64,000 nt of DNA from the human T2T-CHM13v2.0 reference genome, Homo sapiens. The notes below the pieces were generated by a model that did no database searches, was not told where the DNA came from, and saw nothing but the letters and a program-made list of their open reading frames with translations. Location of the stretch: assembly GCF_009914755.1 (NCBI RefSeq), contig NC_060932.1, one strand, 5' to 3'. A program made the position numbers and the translations under genes. Numbering within the stretch: the first letter of the stretch is position 1; each line of letters starts with the position of its first letter. Below are positions 1 through 15,414 of the stretch, one piece after another.

Positions 1-961
1 CCCTTTTAGTTCCTATGGGAATACTCTCTTTGAAGAACCCATGAAGCAGTGTCAGGCTGGTGTGAGGATCAGCAGTGATTTCTTTGAGGAGGAGAGCCCG
101 TTTCTTCACTCACAGGCCATGTCTGAGTGGATCAAGAAGAACAGAGTGCCCTTTTATGAGATTTTGTCTGCGTAGACCACTAGCTTGGTAAAAATGTCAA
201 AACCATCCTCGTTCTTTAATAACAGATTATTTTGGACTTTTCTCTGCAAGAAGCAGCATGGGCATTCAGATGCTTTTAAGGATAAAATGTTCTTTCTCAT
301 CACCAGGCCTGGTGTTCTGGATGGCTGAGGTTTTAATGTGACTTGGTGTCCCTTGGAGTTGCTTCCAGGCAGTGCTCTTGTGGTTGGGTCGCAAGGGGTT
401 GCTTTATTCGGTGGTGGCTAGAGGATGTTTTAGCAGATAAATCGGGACCCCAGGAGCCCCTGAGTGTCAAGTCCTGCTACAGGGCATGTGTTTATGGTGG
501 GGAGGTGGGGGTGGGGGTGGAGGATGGGGGCATTGATTTCCTCCCAATATCAGAAGTTTCACAGGCTTCTTGTGTATCCACAAACACCCACCCCATTGAG
601 AAGTCCTAGAAAATCTGCCCCTCCCCAAGCCTTTATTGACCGCTTGTGAATGATACCAGGGTGTGTCTGACCCACAGCTCCTGCTGGAGAGAGAGAAAAG
701 TCTCTCCTAGGTATTTGGTTGTCAACCTCAACCGCTTGCTGAGCCTTCCCCAAGACCAGGCACCTTGGCAGAGATTTCTGGGTTGTCAGGCAGAACCGAG
801 CATTCGAGGGTGATAACTCACTGGAGTCCCTGAAATCCCTGATGGATGCACCAGGTAAAAGCATCCAGGGTTGAAACCAGATCAGGAAGGTTATTGTCAG
901 CCTGGGGCTCCTGTAGAGGTGCATCCACATTGCAGGTATTTTCCTTCTTGCTGAGGAGAAA

Positions 962-1193
962 CCTGGATTTCTCAGCTTTGGCACCGTCACAACATTTGGG
1001 GTGAGACCATTCGTGGTGGTGGTGGGGGGGCATCCTGTGTATTGTAGGACGGTTAGCAGCATCTGTGGTCTCCATCCTCTAGGTGCCATTCTACCCTCCC
1101 AGTTATGGCTACCCCAGATGTCTCCAGATGATTTCAATGCTGTGGGGCAAGGGAGTGGTATGTGAGCAAAACCACCCCAGTTGAGAGCCATTG
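962..1193. mobile_element. MER20 (hAT-Charlie)
   Basis: ggcatcctgtgtattgtaggacggttagcagcatc...accaccccagttgagagccattg. Confidence 0.8.
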
Positions 1194-1289
1194 GTCTACA
1201 CTTGTATAAATGTTTGAGGGTGAGAGTGTCGACCTTGGGTCCCTGCTGTACCCTTTATGAGCAATGCTGTCTTGGAAAGTTAATAGTAC

Positions 1290-1726
<437 letters not shown>

Positions 1727-3053
1727 TAACACAGACAAAGCACAAAATACGTGGACAATATCTTTTTACATTTGGCTTGTCTAGACTCCATCCTCCATCC
1801 CCTCGTGCACTGGTGTGGTGCAGACCAGAATATCGCTCACCTAGACTGCAGAGTGGATTTGGGTGGCATCTTGGCTTTCTGCACAAGACTTGCCTGCTCC
1901 CCACCACATCCCCCTGGTTCTCAGGGTTCAGGATTCCAGGAGGCCGGGATGTGGGTAGGCAGGTCAGGTGGCCCACCCAGTTCACTCTCACACTGGGGAC
2001 CTGCAGAGCCAGCTCCCTGAGACAGGGTGTTTTGACCAACATCTGGTTTTTTTGATTTCCATTTGAGCACAGCTGGACTACACAGGCTGAAGCTCTCTCT
2101 GCCGAGATATAGATATTTCCCTGGCAATGATCTTTCAAGTTGACATGAAGACATGGCCATCCGCTGGAACATCGTGGGTCTGCCGTAGCGCTCTTGTAAT
2201 TTGTGAGGCAGGCTCCTGATGAATGCAGTGCGTAAGTGGGAAATGGTAGGATGTTCTCCCATCCTCCCCTTGCCGAAAGTGCTGCCTGCGCAGGTTGGTG
2301 GACGGTCCTTTGAGCAGGAAGAAGACACGGAGCACATTCCTGTTAGCTATGACAGAGAGGGGCAGGGTACACACTGGACATTTCAAGCCCCTGTAGAGAA
2401 GCAAGTCTTACTGTGCTGGGAGTTCTTGTGGAGTGGGGGCTGTGTTGCCCTGGGCTTTAATTATTTCAGGAACATTTAACCACAGGGCCAGCAGGCTGGA
2501 TCTTGATATGTGTTTCTTAGTTGGAAAGATTTTGGACCATAGAGAAATGTCTTCTCAATTCTTTTAATTTCATTAAGGTGGTCATTTTTCTTCTTGTGGC
2601 CTCTGGAATGTGACACAGAACTCAAGGGACAGGAAGGAGATGAGTTGGAGGCTGGGACAGGGGTCCCTGCCAGGGATGCTGGTGACTCACGTGACAGTGT
2701 TGATGTGTGGAGTCCGGTGCCTGGTTTGGGGAATGTTCGTGGGATATGTTCCAAAGGACTGACAGACCTATCAGGTACTGGAGGTGAATGGTCAAGTCTG
2801 ATCTCAGGGCTGACAGTGTCAGGCAAGGACAGGAAGTTGGCATTGGTCTCATTGGCTGAGGTTGTTGGGACCCAGGGGGCAATGTGTGCCAGGACAGATG
2901 GGTCTGGGGCTAGGAAGGCAGGTTTGGGCTGGCGACCCGGGCATGGGAGGCATCCCAGGTAGACAGTGGTTGAGGCTGTGGAAATGACCGCGATTGCCTG
3001 GGATGAGAGTGGAGACAGACAAGATGGAGGTTTTGCTTTAAGCCTGGGGAGCC

Positions 3054-3259
3054 CACCTCCCAGGTTCAAGCGATTCTCCTGCCTCAGCTTCCCAAGTAGC
3101 TGGGAATGCAGGTGCGTACCACCATGCCTGACTAACTTTTGTATTTTTAGTAGAGATGAGGTTTGGCCAGGCTGGTCTCAAACTCCTGACCTCAAGTGAT
3201 CGGCCCACCTTGGCCTCCCAAAGTGCTGGGATTACAGGCATAAGCCACCATGCCTGACC
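3054..3259 (-). mobile_element. Alu, truncated (tail end lost)
   Basis: Begins at cacctcccaggttcaagcg directly after unique DNA. Confidence 0.9.
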
Positions 3260-3434
3260 ATTTTTAAATATTAATTTTTATGCAATATTTTCAAACACAT
3301 TTTACTGTACATTGGAAAAGTCAATCATGATTTGAAAACTTTATAAAAATCTAATCAAATATCAATTAACCATTTAATTGTGGATAAGTAAGGAGACTAT
3401 TTTGACCAAAACATGTTAGAACAATTACCACTTA

Positions 3435-3795
<361 letters not shown>

Positions 3796-3859
3796 TAGAA
3801 TTCTGAATTTTATTTTTAATAATTATTTTTGTAAAGAGAATGTCTTGTTTTTTGGAGTT

Positions 3860-4676
3860 GTTGAATTTATTGAATTGGCAAAAATTATGTACAAGAGGGT
3901 ATACAACATGATGTGATTGAGGTATGTATACATTATGAAATGGCTAAATCAAGCTAAATAACATATCACCTCCCAGACTTACTTTTTGGGGTGAGAACAC
4001 TTAAACAATCTACTCTCTTAGTGATTTCCAAGTGTATGATATGTTGTTATTAACTATAGGTACCTTGTTGTCCCATGGATCTCCTGAACTTATTCTTCTT
4101 CTCTAAAAATGACATTCTGTGTCCTTTGGCATCTGCCCACTTCCCCACCCTGGCAACCATCATTCTACTCTGCTTCTGTGAATTCAACTTTTTTCTTCTC
4201 TTTTTTTTTTCTTTTTTTTGAGAAAATCTCCTTCTATTGCCCAGGCTGTAGTGCAGGGTTGTGATCATGGCTCACTGCAGCCTTGACGTCCCAAGTTCAA
4301 TCAATCCTTCCACCTCAGCCTCCTGAGTATCTGGGAGTACAGGCATACACTACCATGCTCCACTAATTTTTGTATTTTTTGTAGAGATGGGGTATTGCTA
4401 TGTTATGCAGGCTGGTCTCGAACTCCTGGGCTCAAGCAATCTGCTGGTCTCAGCCTCCCAAAGTGCTGTGATTACAGGCGTGAGCCACCATGCCTGGCCG
4501 AGTTCAACTTTTTTAGATTCCACATGTAAGTGAGATCATGTGGTATTTGTCGTTCTGTGCCTGGCTTATTTCACTTAACATAATATCCTCCAGGCTCATC
4601 CATGTTGTCTCAAATGGCAGGATTTCCTTCTTTTTGAAGGCTGAATAGTATTCCATTGTGTACATACACCACATTG
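3860..4676 (-). mobile_element. L1M 3' UTR fragment split by an Alu
   Basis: ttccacatgtaagtgagatcatg...ctggcttatttcacttaacataat; TSD-like ttcaacttttt on both sides of the Alu. Confidence 0.8.
4192..4499 (-). mobile_element. Alu (J-type)
   Basis: Full Alu inside L1M. Confidence 0.93.
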
Positions 4677-5079
4677 TTGCTGGAAGTTTAATGGAGGCCA
4701 GTTGGGGGAGGATGGGGAGAAGATTCACTCTAAGTCTAGATGCTCCAGTACCCACCCAGGATGTGTGCAAGGAAGTGCAGGATGCTCCTGGTCCTGCAAA
4801 CTGTGGTTTGTGGGACTCCAAAGCCCCTATCCTTCCACGATGCTTTCTGTCCTGTTATCACATTTCCTTGGAGGAGAACCCAGCCTTGGTGGAGAGCCCT
4901 GCTCTGGCTTTGTCCCTCGGCATGAGATGGCGAAGGATGGTGCCGCTGGGAGACCCTCACATCTGCACACTGGGGGCTGTTTGCCTTCTCCATTCCTCCT
5001 TCAAGTATCTGAGCAGTTCCTGTGTGCCAGCTGCTGGTCTACAAGATGGATGGGTCCTTGGAGATCAGCCTGTAGCAGA

Positions 5080-5300
5080 GGAGGCAGGCTATAGCCCACA
5101 GGCCAGAACCAGCCCCCTGCCTGTTCACACAAATAAAGTTTTATTGGAACACAGCCACACCCATTTCAGTACCTATTGTCTGTGGCTGCTTTCCTGCTAC
5201 AATGGAGAGTTGAATATTTGGGACAGAGACCTATGGCCTGCAAAGCTCAACTATTTACCATCTGGCCCTGGAGAGAAAGGAAAAAAATGCTGATCCTTGT
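5080..5300. mobile_element. MER58A
   Basis: aaataaagttttattggaacacagccacacccattt...tgtggctgctttcctgctacaatgg. Confidence 0.8.
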
Positions 5301-5838
5301 ACCCTGACAGTCTTAGGTTAAGAGGACTTCGTACCACTCTGACGTCCCAGGCCGCCATGAGTCCAGCCACCCTTGAAATGTACACAAGTCTGGGCTGAGG
5401 TTGCAGCAGGTGAGGCCCAATTTTGCAGGTCTTTGGTATCAGGGGCACAACCCAGGATTTTGTGTGGGGTTTCTTCCTCACTGTGGCTGGGCACTGGGCA
5501 AGGGTGCTTTCTGATTTTTGTATGGGGAAGAGAAAGGAGGGAGGAAATGGCAACTTGTTGCCCTGTTCTAACATTTTCCTAAGATGGGTCTCCAGGCCAG
5601 GGCTTGGGATCTCACCTTGCACAGCTTACAAAACCCAGTGAGGCCGGCTGTCTTGGCGCTGCCACTCTGAGGGATGGAGCCCGCAAATGACTAGGAAGGG
5701 AGATAAAAGAATGGTTTCTGCAAGCACAAGAAGTGGCGTTATTGAAATTAACATTTCCCCCAAGTTTTACAATGTCTAGGCATGCATATTTAAGTGTCTG
5801 CCTCAAAAGCTCATGCTAATAAGGAGATGGTGCATTTA

Positions 5839-6588
<750 letters not shown>

Positions 6589-7153
6589 TTAAAGGCACAG
6601 AAGAGGAAGCTTGGATTTCCAATTCCAAAGGACATGAGGAAAATTCACACACCTTTATTTAACCTGCTCCAGGTGAGGCTGGGCTTTGTGTATTTTCCTT
6701 GTTTTACTTTTCCTTGTGTTCAGGCTGTTGTAGAAACAGGTACACAGGGGCTCTGTGTGGTGCCATGTTCTAGTTGCCTTCAGGAAGCATGTGGTGCCCT
6801 GGTTTCCTTGGCTTCGTGTCCCCCTTTCCTCCTGCCACCCCTGACTCTGCCCCCCACCTTGTCCCTCAGAACATCTTCCTGGAAGGGCCTGGCCAGGGCT
6901 TGTGTCCTTGCTAGTCTCTGGGGAGGAAGACTCTGTGGCTTGAAAGGCTGTCGGCTTAAGTTGCAAGGTGTAGGTGCCTGGGAGGGCATGTGCACGGCCC
7001 TCTTGACTGATCCATTCATGTTTTCCTTTTTTGACTCCGTTCTATGTTGTCCTGATGGAGGGGTAAGCCCCTGCCTTCTGCCTTTCCTGCCTTGGACTCT
7101 TGCAATTGGACCAGATGAGAGGGTCCATGTGGTCTGAGAATTCAAGCAATGCA

Positions 7154-7770
7154 GGCCAGGCGTGGTGGCTCACACCTGTAATCCCAGGACTTTTGGAGGC
7201 TAAAGAGGGCAGGCCAGGAGTTTGAGACCAGGTGGCCAAAATAGTGAAACCCTGTCTCTACAAAAAATACAAAAGTTAGTCGGGCTTGGTGGTGCATGCC
7301 TGTAATCCTAGTTATTTGGGAGGCTGAAGCAAGAGAATCCCTTGAACTCAGAAGGAGCAGGTTGCAGTGAGGAGCAGGTTGCAATGAGGAGGAGGTTGCA
7401 GTGAGGAGGAGGTTGTAGTGAGGAGCAGGTTGCAGTGAGGAGGAGGTTGCAGTGAGGAGGAGGTCGCAGTAAGGAGGAGGTTGCAGTGAGGAGGAGGTCG
7501 CAGTAAGGAGGAGGTTGCAGTGAGGAGGAGGTTGTAGTGAGGAGCAGGTTGCAATGAGTAGGAGGTTGCAGTGAGGAGGAGGTTGCAGTGAGGAGGAGGT
7601 CGCAGTGAGGAGGTCGCAGTGAGAAGGAGGTTGCACTGAGGAGGAGGTTGTAGTGAGGAGGAGGTTGCGGTGAGGAGGAGGTTGCAGTGAGCCGAGATTG
7701 TGTCCCTGGACTCCAGACTGGGCAATAGAGCGAGACTATGTCTCCAAAAAAAAAAAAAAAAAAAAAAAAA
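7154..7770 (+). mobile_element. Alu with internal minisatellite expansion
   Basis: Alu left arm and right arm interrupted by a 17-bp tandem array; A tail. Confidence 0.95.
7352..7688 (+). repeat. 17-bp minisatellite, consensus GAGGAGGAGGTTGCAGT, 20 units
   Basis: Counted 19 units of 17 nt and one of 14 nt, with variants CAGG, GTCG, TTGT and CAAT. Confidence 0.97.
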
Positions 7771-7874
7771 TATATATATAGAAAACAGAAAGCAAAACTA
7801 CCTCTTGATTTGCTTTTCTTGATCTTGCATCTCAGAGGTAACACTGGGAAGGGTTGGGGTATACCTCTCCCCAC

Positions 7875-8170
7875 CTTTTTCTTTGATTTCTTTTTATTTT
7901 TTATTCTACGTTCTGAGATACATGTGCAGAATGTGCAGGTTTGTTACATAGATATACATGTGCCATGGTGGTTTGCTGCACCTATCAACCCGTCATCTAG
8001 GTTTTAAGCCCCGCATGCATTAGGTATTTGACCTAACGCTCCCCCTCGCCTTGTCCCCCACCCCCGATGGGCCCCGGTGTGTGATATTCCCCTCCCTGTG
8101 TCCATGTGTTCTCATTGTTCAACTCCCACTTATGAGTGAGAACACACCGTGTTTGGTTTTCTGTTTCTGT
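7875..8170 (-). mobile_element. Short L1PA 3' end
   Basis: catgtgcagaatgtgcaggtttgttacatag...ctcccacttatgagtgagaac, the L1PA 3' UTR, preceded by a T-rich tail. Confidence 0.9.
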
Positions 8171-8869
8171 CCACAGCTTTTTCCTCTGTGCACACAAGCA
8201 CATGTATTTGCACATAAGTGTTTATTGTAATCTTTTTAAAAAAGTAAAATGCAATAATGCTATATTTATTCTTTGGAAAGCCTGTTTTTCAGGCAGCATG
8301 TCTTTGACATTGTCTCACGTTGGAACCTGGGTACCACCTTCTTCTCCCTGCAGTTATTCTGACGTGTGGATGTACCACGCTTCGTTTAACCAGCCCTGCA
8401 CCGATACGTCTTTGGAGGGTTTCCGCCTTTTCCCAATCACAGACGGTGTTCTGATGAATTTCCTTACACACATCACTTGGTGCTCTGTGCCTGCATTTCT
8501 GTGAGATGTTCCTGGAGGTGGGCTGTCTAGGTCAGAGGGGGATCTGTGCTCAATTTGCATCCTGTGCAAAACTCCATCCGGTCATCCAGCTTCCCAAGGG
8601 CTCACATGGTACTGTCCTCTGTAGACATCATCTTCTGCAGATGATGGCATGACAGCCCCTCTTTCTTTTACTCACACCAGTCTGCACCCTGGTGTCCTGG
8701 GGGGTCCAGCCCCTACCTGCTTGTCTGCCTCCACCCCACAGTGCCCCCAGCCCCTGCTAACAGGGACACTGGCTTCTGAGCTCTGGCAGACTGCCTCACT
8801 CTGGAGAAGTTTGCTTTCTCAAACATTCCTGGCAATGTTACTGCAAATCTCGAGGCCTGCATTTGCCGC

Positions 8870-9005
8870 CTTCAGGCCTCAGTTTCCTCAAAAGTAAAAT
8901 GGGGATAATGTGATGCTACTGTCTGCATCCTAGAGCTGCCATGAGGTTTCAGTGAGATCACTGTTGAGAGCACGTTCATAGCGCCGGCCTTGTGCGCAGT
9001 CAGCA
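8870..9005 (+). mobile_element. MIR
   Basis: gcctcagtttcctcaaaagtaaaatggggataat core. Confidence 0.65.
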
Positions 9006-9548
9006 CGTGTGGGGCAGGGCTGTTGCTGATAGGTGGTTGACTGTCATTGCTAGACTGTGGCTTTACCAGGGTCAATGTCTTTAGTGCCGAGCCCAGAGCC
9101 ACCCCTAGTACCTGCTGTGATAATAGAGTGATTGAGTGTCAGGGTCAGAGACTGGGGCAATGGCAGCAGAAACAGAGGAAAGAAGTGGGGCTTCTAATAG
9201 TTCCTGCACCAGTGGCCTTTGAGATGAAACCTTCTTGCCAAGGTCTGGGGCTGTGCTGTGTGTTCTAGACCCGAGACTGGAAGCTAGGCCTGGCTACAGT
9301 CCTAGCTGAGCTGGGGAATTGCAGGACAGCATCCTGCTTCATTAGGACACCTCCAAGCCCAGCTTAGACGTGGATTCCAGGTGACCCCCTGTTTACTCTG
9401 AGCCCAGACAGAGGACAGAAAAGTGTGCAAGGGTCTGGACCCTCATCACAGCCGTTGACTCTGTAAGGCATATGGGTTTGTGCACGTGTGTGAGCACGGC
9501 CGTGTCTTCTCTGTGAGTTTCAAGGTCGAGGTTGTGTTTATGCAGGGT

Positions 9549-9733
9549 TAGGCTTGCCAGGTAAAATACAGGAGGTCCAATTAAACCTGAATTTCTCATT
9601 AACCTTTTTTTTTTTTTTTTTTTTTTTGGTGCAAATATATCCCATGCAATATTTGGGACCTGCTTACTCTAAAAAATGATTTGTTGTTTATCTGAAATTC
9701 AAGTTAAACTGGCATCCTGTCTTTTCACTTGCT
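9549..9733. mobile_element. MER53 palindromic DNA element with expanded poly(T)
   Basis: aaaatacagga...tcccatgcaatatttgggac...ttgtttatctgaaattcaagttaaactggcatcctgt. Confidence 0.75.
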
Positions 9734-10414
9734 ATGTATGAGAGTTCCGTGTGGGGGTTATCAGTGTGCATTTGTGAGTTCCCACGTGAAGGACTCTCTC
9801 CAAGTGTCTGTAGGTGCCAGGATGGAGATGGAGAGAGAAGATCCTCTTGGGCTGCTTTAGTGGCACCTAGAGGCTGTGGGGTTGGACACTTCAGCCCCAG
9901 GGACCTGGGCAGCACTGTCCAGCACTTGCCTGCTCCTGTCTTCTCCACGGGGGCTGACTTCCCTGACATCTCTCTCCAAATACGGTGGCAAGAGCTATCC
10001 CATCTGCCCCCATCTGGAGCTCGGCATCCCAGCCAGACAAGATGGCAAAGTGTGCAGATGGTTGCAAAGCTTTCCCCAGCTCCTTCTGCAAGGGGCCTGC
10101 AGATGAAAGGGAAGCCCTCATCCTCACCACCTCCCCCTTCCAGAAAACCCAGGCAACAGCCACCTCTGAATGCTGCTTTAGAAGCTTCTCCCTCCTGGTG
10201 ATTAAACCACCCCAAACAATAAAGCACTGCATTTCCACCATAGGCTTGTTCACATGCACGCAGCCAGTTGTCTTGGATCCGCCCCTGTGCCTGATTCATC
10301 AGGGTGAGGGGTTCTCCTCTGAGGTGCTTGCAAAGAGCTGCTTAATTTTCATATGAAAGACTCTCTGTAGAAACCAGGCCCAGCTTTGGAAGAAAGCCCT
10401 TTCTCCCCCTTTAG

Positions 10415-10728
<314 letters not shown>

Positions 10729-11424
10729 GGAATTCTGTGTCATTCTGCATACTTATCATGACTTCAAGCATCCAGGACTCTGTCCTGGGTATCCTGAGCC
10801 TGAGGGTGTATGTGTGTCCAGCTGGCTTGGAGGTTGTCTACAGACAGGTTGAACTTGGCCTCTGAATGCATGGCAGCCCCATGTGGGAAATACCACCAAG
10901 GAACCTCATCGTGTGCTTTTAGGAGATAGTTTCTATTTAGTCATTGCTGAATCTGTTACAGACAGGGTCTCGATTTCTTGCAAGTCCTGTATGAGGTCGG
11001 TGCTGTGATTATCCATATTTTCACTTGCTCTCTCTGGCCTCTTTCAGGCTCTTGCACTTCCTTTGTTTTCTTTCTGCCATAGGGTCTTTGCACATCCTGC
11101 TCTTTCTGCCTGAAAAATTTTCCCTCTCCCTGCTTCTTCACCTGGTCACGGTCTCATCTGACACTGGAGTCACTACATCCTCAGGGACTTCTGGCCACAC
11201 TGACTCAGTCCCAGTAACCCCCTGTTATCTGCTTTCATGACACCAGCTGCCTCTCTGTGGTAGAAACTAGCTCAGCTACGGCTTCCTATTTCTCTGCGTG
11301 TCATCCTTCCCCTTCAAGACTGTGGTCACCATAAGGGCCAGGGACGTGCCTGTTCTGATTCTCATTTGTGTCTCTGGTGTTTAGTATATGCTCACCTAGA
11401 ATTTGATTAATGAATGACAACATA

Positions 11425-11540
11425 CCCATTTTACAGATGAGAAAGTTGAGGCTCGGAAACATTATGTAACTTGCTCAGTATTAGATAGTGATGGTTTGTG
11501 GTCATCTGGCCAGTCGCTGGGTGCACACTCTTAACCACTT
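11425..11540 (-). mobile_element. MIR
   Basis: cccattttacagatgagaaagttgaggctc. Confidence 0.7.
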
Positions 11541-12589
11541 CACTATGGTTCTTCTCTCATGGTAGCTCTCCAACAGCAGGAGTGAGAGACAAGTTTAGGA
11601 CAGGAGTAACCAGAATCTCAGGGCTTATCCTAGAAGGTGGTGTCAGGAACATACTTGCCTATGGGCCTTCTTACTGTATTGCATAAAATACCCAGTTTTT
11701 CTGACTCACCTTTAGTAAAGACCTTAGCAATATTTGAAGCACAGTTGTCAGTAGGAAAGGGTGGATGTTTATACTTTTTTAAAAAGGAGTCTATATCATA
11801 TTTATCTTGTGGTCTGCCATGCCCCCCGATCTTCTTCAGCTTCAGTTATGCAAAATTCACACTTCTTCTCTTGACTGCCTCTCTCTTACCTGTTCAGTTT
11901 ATTTTCTGTGTTCGAGATTGCTTAGAATTTTTCCCCATTACTACAGCCTGCTTCCCAACTGCATCCCCCACCCAGCTTGTTCTGGATTTTGTCAACAACA
12001 GTTCCAGCGTTTAGTGAGGGCTGGATTGAAGGAAAGCCTTGGAAAAGGCTATGTGATGAATGGTGAAGACACTTAATGGGCAGGCAGTCATCAGTGTTAA
12101 TTCAAAGGCTGGAAGAAGGGCTGACCTGGAGGACTGGAAATGTCTTTGAGCTGAAGGTCATGTGCAGGTGGAACGAAGAGGGTGAGCCTTTTGGGGTGAA
12201 CTGCAAGTATTTGATAATATCCCTGTCTCCATGGTTGGGGAAGTCTTGATAAGCATCCTTAATGTGAAGGAGGGATTAAGGAACACCTGGTTCTACCTGC
12301 CCAGCATGGCAGTAACATGACACAGCCAAGTTATTGATTATTGGTTGCCCAGCTGTCATCAGCTCAACATCTTCTGTTAGTTTTAGCTGCAATTTCCGTT
12401 AGTTATCAATGCCAGTTTTGACTTTCCTAGTCAATAAAGTGTTCTGAGAGTGGTGACTAAGGCTGAGCACTACCCATAATCATGAGTATTACAGAGGCAA
12501 GCCCCCTTGCCCACCTACCTGCAGGTGATGAGACACCCTAGGGAAATAACTCAATTCTTTGGAGGACCCCGAATAAATGCCCAAGTCTA

Positions 12590-13005
12590 TCTGTTCATCT
12601 GTCCATCCATCCATCCACCCTTCCTTCCTTCCATCCGTCCATCCATCCATCCATCCACACATGCATACATCCAACCACCCACCCATCTATCTACCCACCC
12701 ACCAATCTATCCATCCAACCCACTCTCTTATACACCCAGCTATCATCCACCTACCCATCCACCACCACCCTCTATCCATCCACTCACCCATGCATCTATC
12801 CACCCGTTTACTCATCTAACCATCTATCCACCCACCCATCCATCCATTTATCCCTCCAACCCCTCACCCACTCATCCATTTCTCCACCCACTCAGCCATC
12901 CCTTCACTGACTCAACCATCCATTCATTCGTCCACCTGCCCGCCCACCCATTATCCACCCATCCACCTATGTATCCATCCATCTGTTGTCCTTCTGTTCA
13001 TTTAT
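12590..13005 (+). repeat. Degenerate (TCCA)n/(CCCA)n simple repeat
   Basis: ccatccatccatccacc... over about 400 bp. Confidence 0.93.
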
Positions 13006-13059
13006 TCCACAAAGACTCGTTAACCACCTGCTAGATTCTGGGGAGGTACCTGCTCTAGT

Positions 13060-13260
13060 AATTGAGAACATGATCTCTGGAATAAGATTCCCTGGGCTCA
13101 AACTGAGCTGCCTCCTAGCTAGCTGCTTGGGTAAGTTATAGAAACTGTGCTTTGACTTTCTTATCTGAAAATTGGCTATTAATAGCTTCTACTCTTGCAG
13201 ATATAGTGAGGATTAAATAAGATGTCACATTAAAAGTGCATCATCGGCACTCAATAGAGA
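13060..13260 (+). mobile_element. MIR
   Basis: ttgggtaagttata...ttcttatctgaaaattgg...gtgaggattaaataagat. Confidence 0.6.
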
Positions 13261-13899
13261 TTAGGTTTTACCATTCATTATTATTCTTGGCAGATGCTGC
13301 AGATAACGTGGAGAGCATATGAAAGGCACATGTTTGAACCAATAGTGACATACAGACGCTAAGTTCTGCATTAGGGGAAGGTCAGACAGCCATGGAGAGG
13401 GCCTGGCCCAATCCTGGAGCCTCAGAAAAATGTTCCCCGTTGAATTCCTGTTTTAGCTGAGACTTGTGGGATGGGTAGTAGTTGGAGATCCCAGACAGGA
13501 TGTGACCGAGTTAGCCAGGGAAAAATTGGGTCCTGGCACCCATGGCAGAATTGATTGATCAGTTCTTCTGTCTCCTCTGTTTGGAAGTCCACTAGGTCTG
13601 GGAATGTCAAGTTGGGGGAGGGCGCTGACAATGATCATGACCTTCACCTGTCCTCACATGTCCTCTGTGTATCTGCAAAGCCTCTGCCTCAGTCTCCTCT
13701 TTTGGAAAGTGGGATTGGAAACCACATCTGCTTCTCTCCCAGGACTGCTAGGAAGACAAGATTAGATGGCAGGTGAGAGCTCCTTGAAAACAAAAACATT
13801 CTACTATTTGAATGCAAAGTGTTCTTCTTTGCCTGTGATGTTTCCTAATCTGTGAAATCATACTGGACCTCGAAGCTGTCTATTAAAAAAATAGCAAAG

Positions 13900-14345
<446 letters not shown>

Positions 14346-15114
14346 TTAAAATGGGGAGCCACTTTGGGTTCTTTCTACAAGATTGCTTTTTTAAAAACAA
14401 ACAAACAAACAAAAAAAAACTCAAAAAAAATAAAAAGCCCTGACCTAAATATTCACAAGGGACCTTAGGCAATATCTGCAAACAAAAGTGAGTGAGGAGT
14501 GGAATCTGTCTTTACAACTAAGACAGCTCCAGAGTTAAAGCAAGTGGAAATATCTCTAGAGACAGAGACTTGGGCGGGTTTTGTTTTGTCACTTACAAGC
14601 TATGAGAACCTGGGCAGGTTTACCTCTCTGAGCTTCTGTGACCTTGTAAAATAGGCTGCATTGCGCTAAACTTGCAGGAGGAATCCCAGCATCCTCCTGT
14701 GCACAAGGCTGGTTTCTTCCCATCCTTTTCCTTGTTCTGCCTCTCTCCTCCTCTCCAAGAGACGAATACATTTGGAGCCAGTAGGGGCCTATGTTTGCAA
14801 AAGCTCGCAGGTGATTCTCATGCAGCCAGCCTGGCTCTGGCACTGAGTTCTTGGACATTTCTGGAGGCGCATTTACTAGTGAGGAAGGTCTCTCTGTGCT
14901 GAAGGCATGATTCATCTTCCATTCCTTTCTTCCATGAAGGAAGGCGCATGGGTCGACTGAGCTGGGAGAGTCCACGATGTCAGCCTCCCCCACGCTTCCC
15001 TCCCTCCTTATTCCTTGTGTGTTGTACTTTGTCTCGATTTCCTGTACTCTGCACCAAGCCAGGAGATGATAAGATCTCAAAAAAATCGTTTTTTGGGAAA
15101 TGGGATCAAGAGGG

Positions 15115-15414
15115 TTTTTGTTTGCTTGTTTGTTTGAGACAGGGTCTGTCGCCCAGGCTGAAGTGCAGTGGCGTGACCTTGGCTCACTGCAGCCTTGACC
15201 TTCTGGGCTCAGGTGATCCTCCCACCTCAGCCTCCTGAGTAGCTGGGACTGCAGATGCACACCACCATGCCTGACTAATTTGTCTATTTTTTGTAGAGAT
15301 GAGGTTTCACCATGTTGCCTAGGCTGGTCTCAAACTGCTGGGCTTAAGCAGTCCTCCATCCACCTCGACCTCCCAAAGTGCTGAGATTACAGGCATGAGC
15401 TGCTGTGCCTGGCC
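15115..15414 (-). mobile_element. Alu (J-type)
   Basis: Full Alu. Confidence 0.93.

Noticed and set aside
7142-7874. Repetitive ORFs (LQPPPHCNLLLTATSSS)n; superficial CRISPR-like periodicity
   Set aside because: Translation of the Alu-derived 17-bp minisatellite; units are head-to-tail with no unique spacers, and the DNA is primate.
12507-13034. 175-aa His/Pro-rich ORF
   Set aside because: Translation of the (TCCA)n simple repeat.
14589-15260. 223-aa minus-strand ORF
   Set aside because: Begins in an Alu, ends in MIR-like sequence, no recognisable homology.
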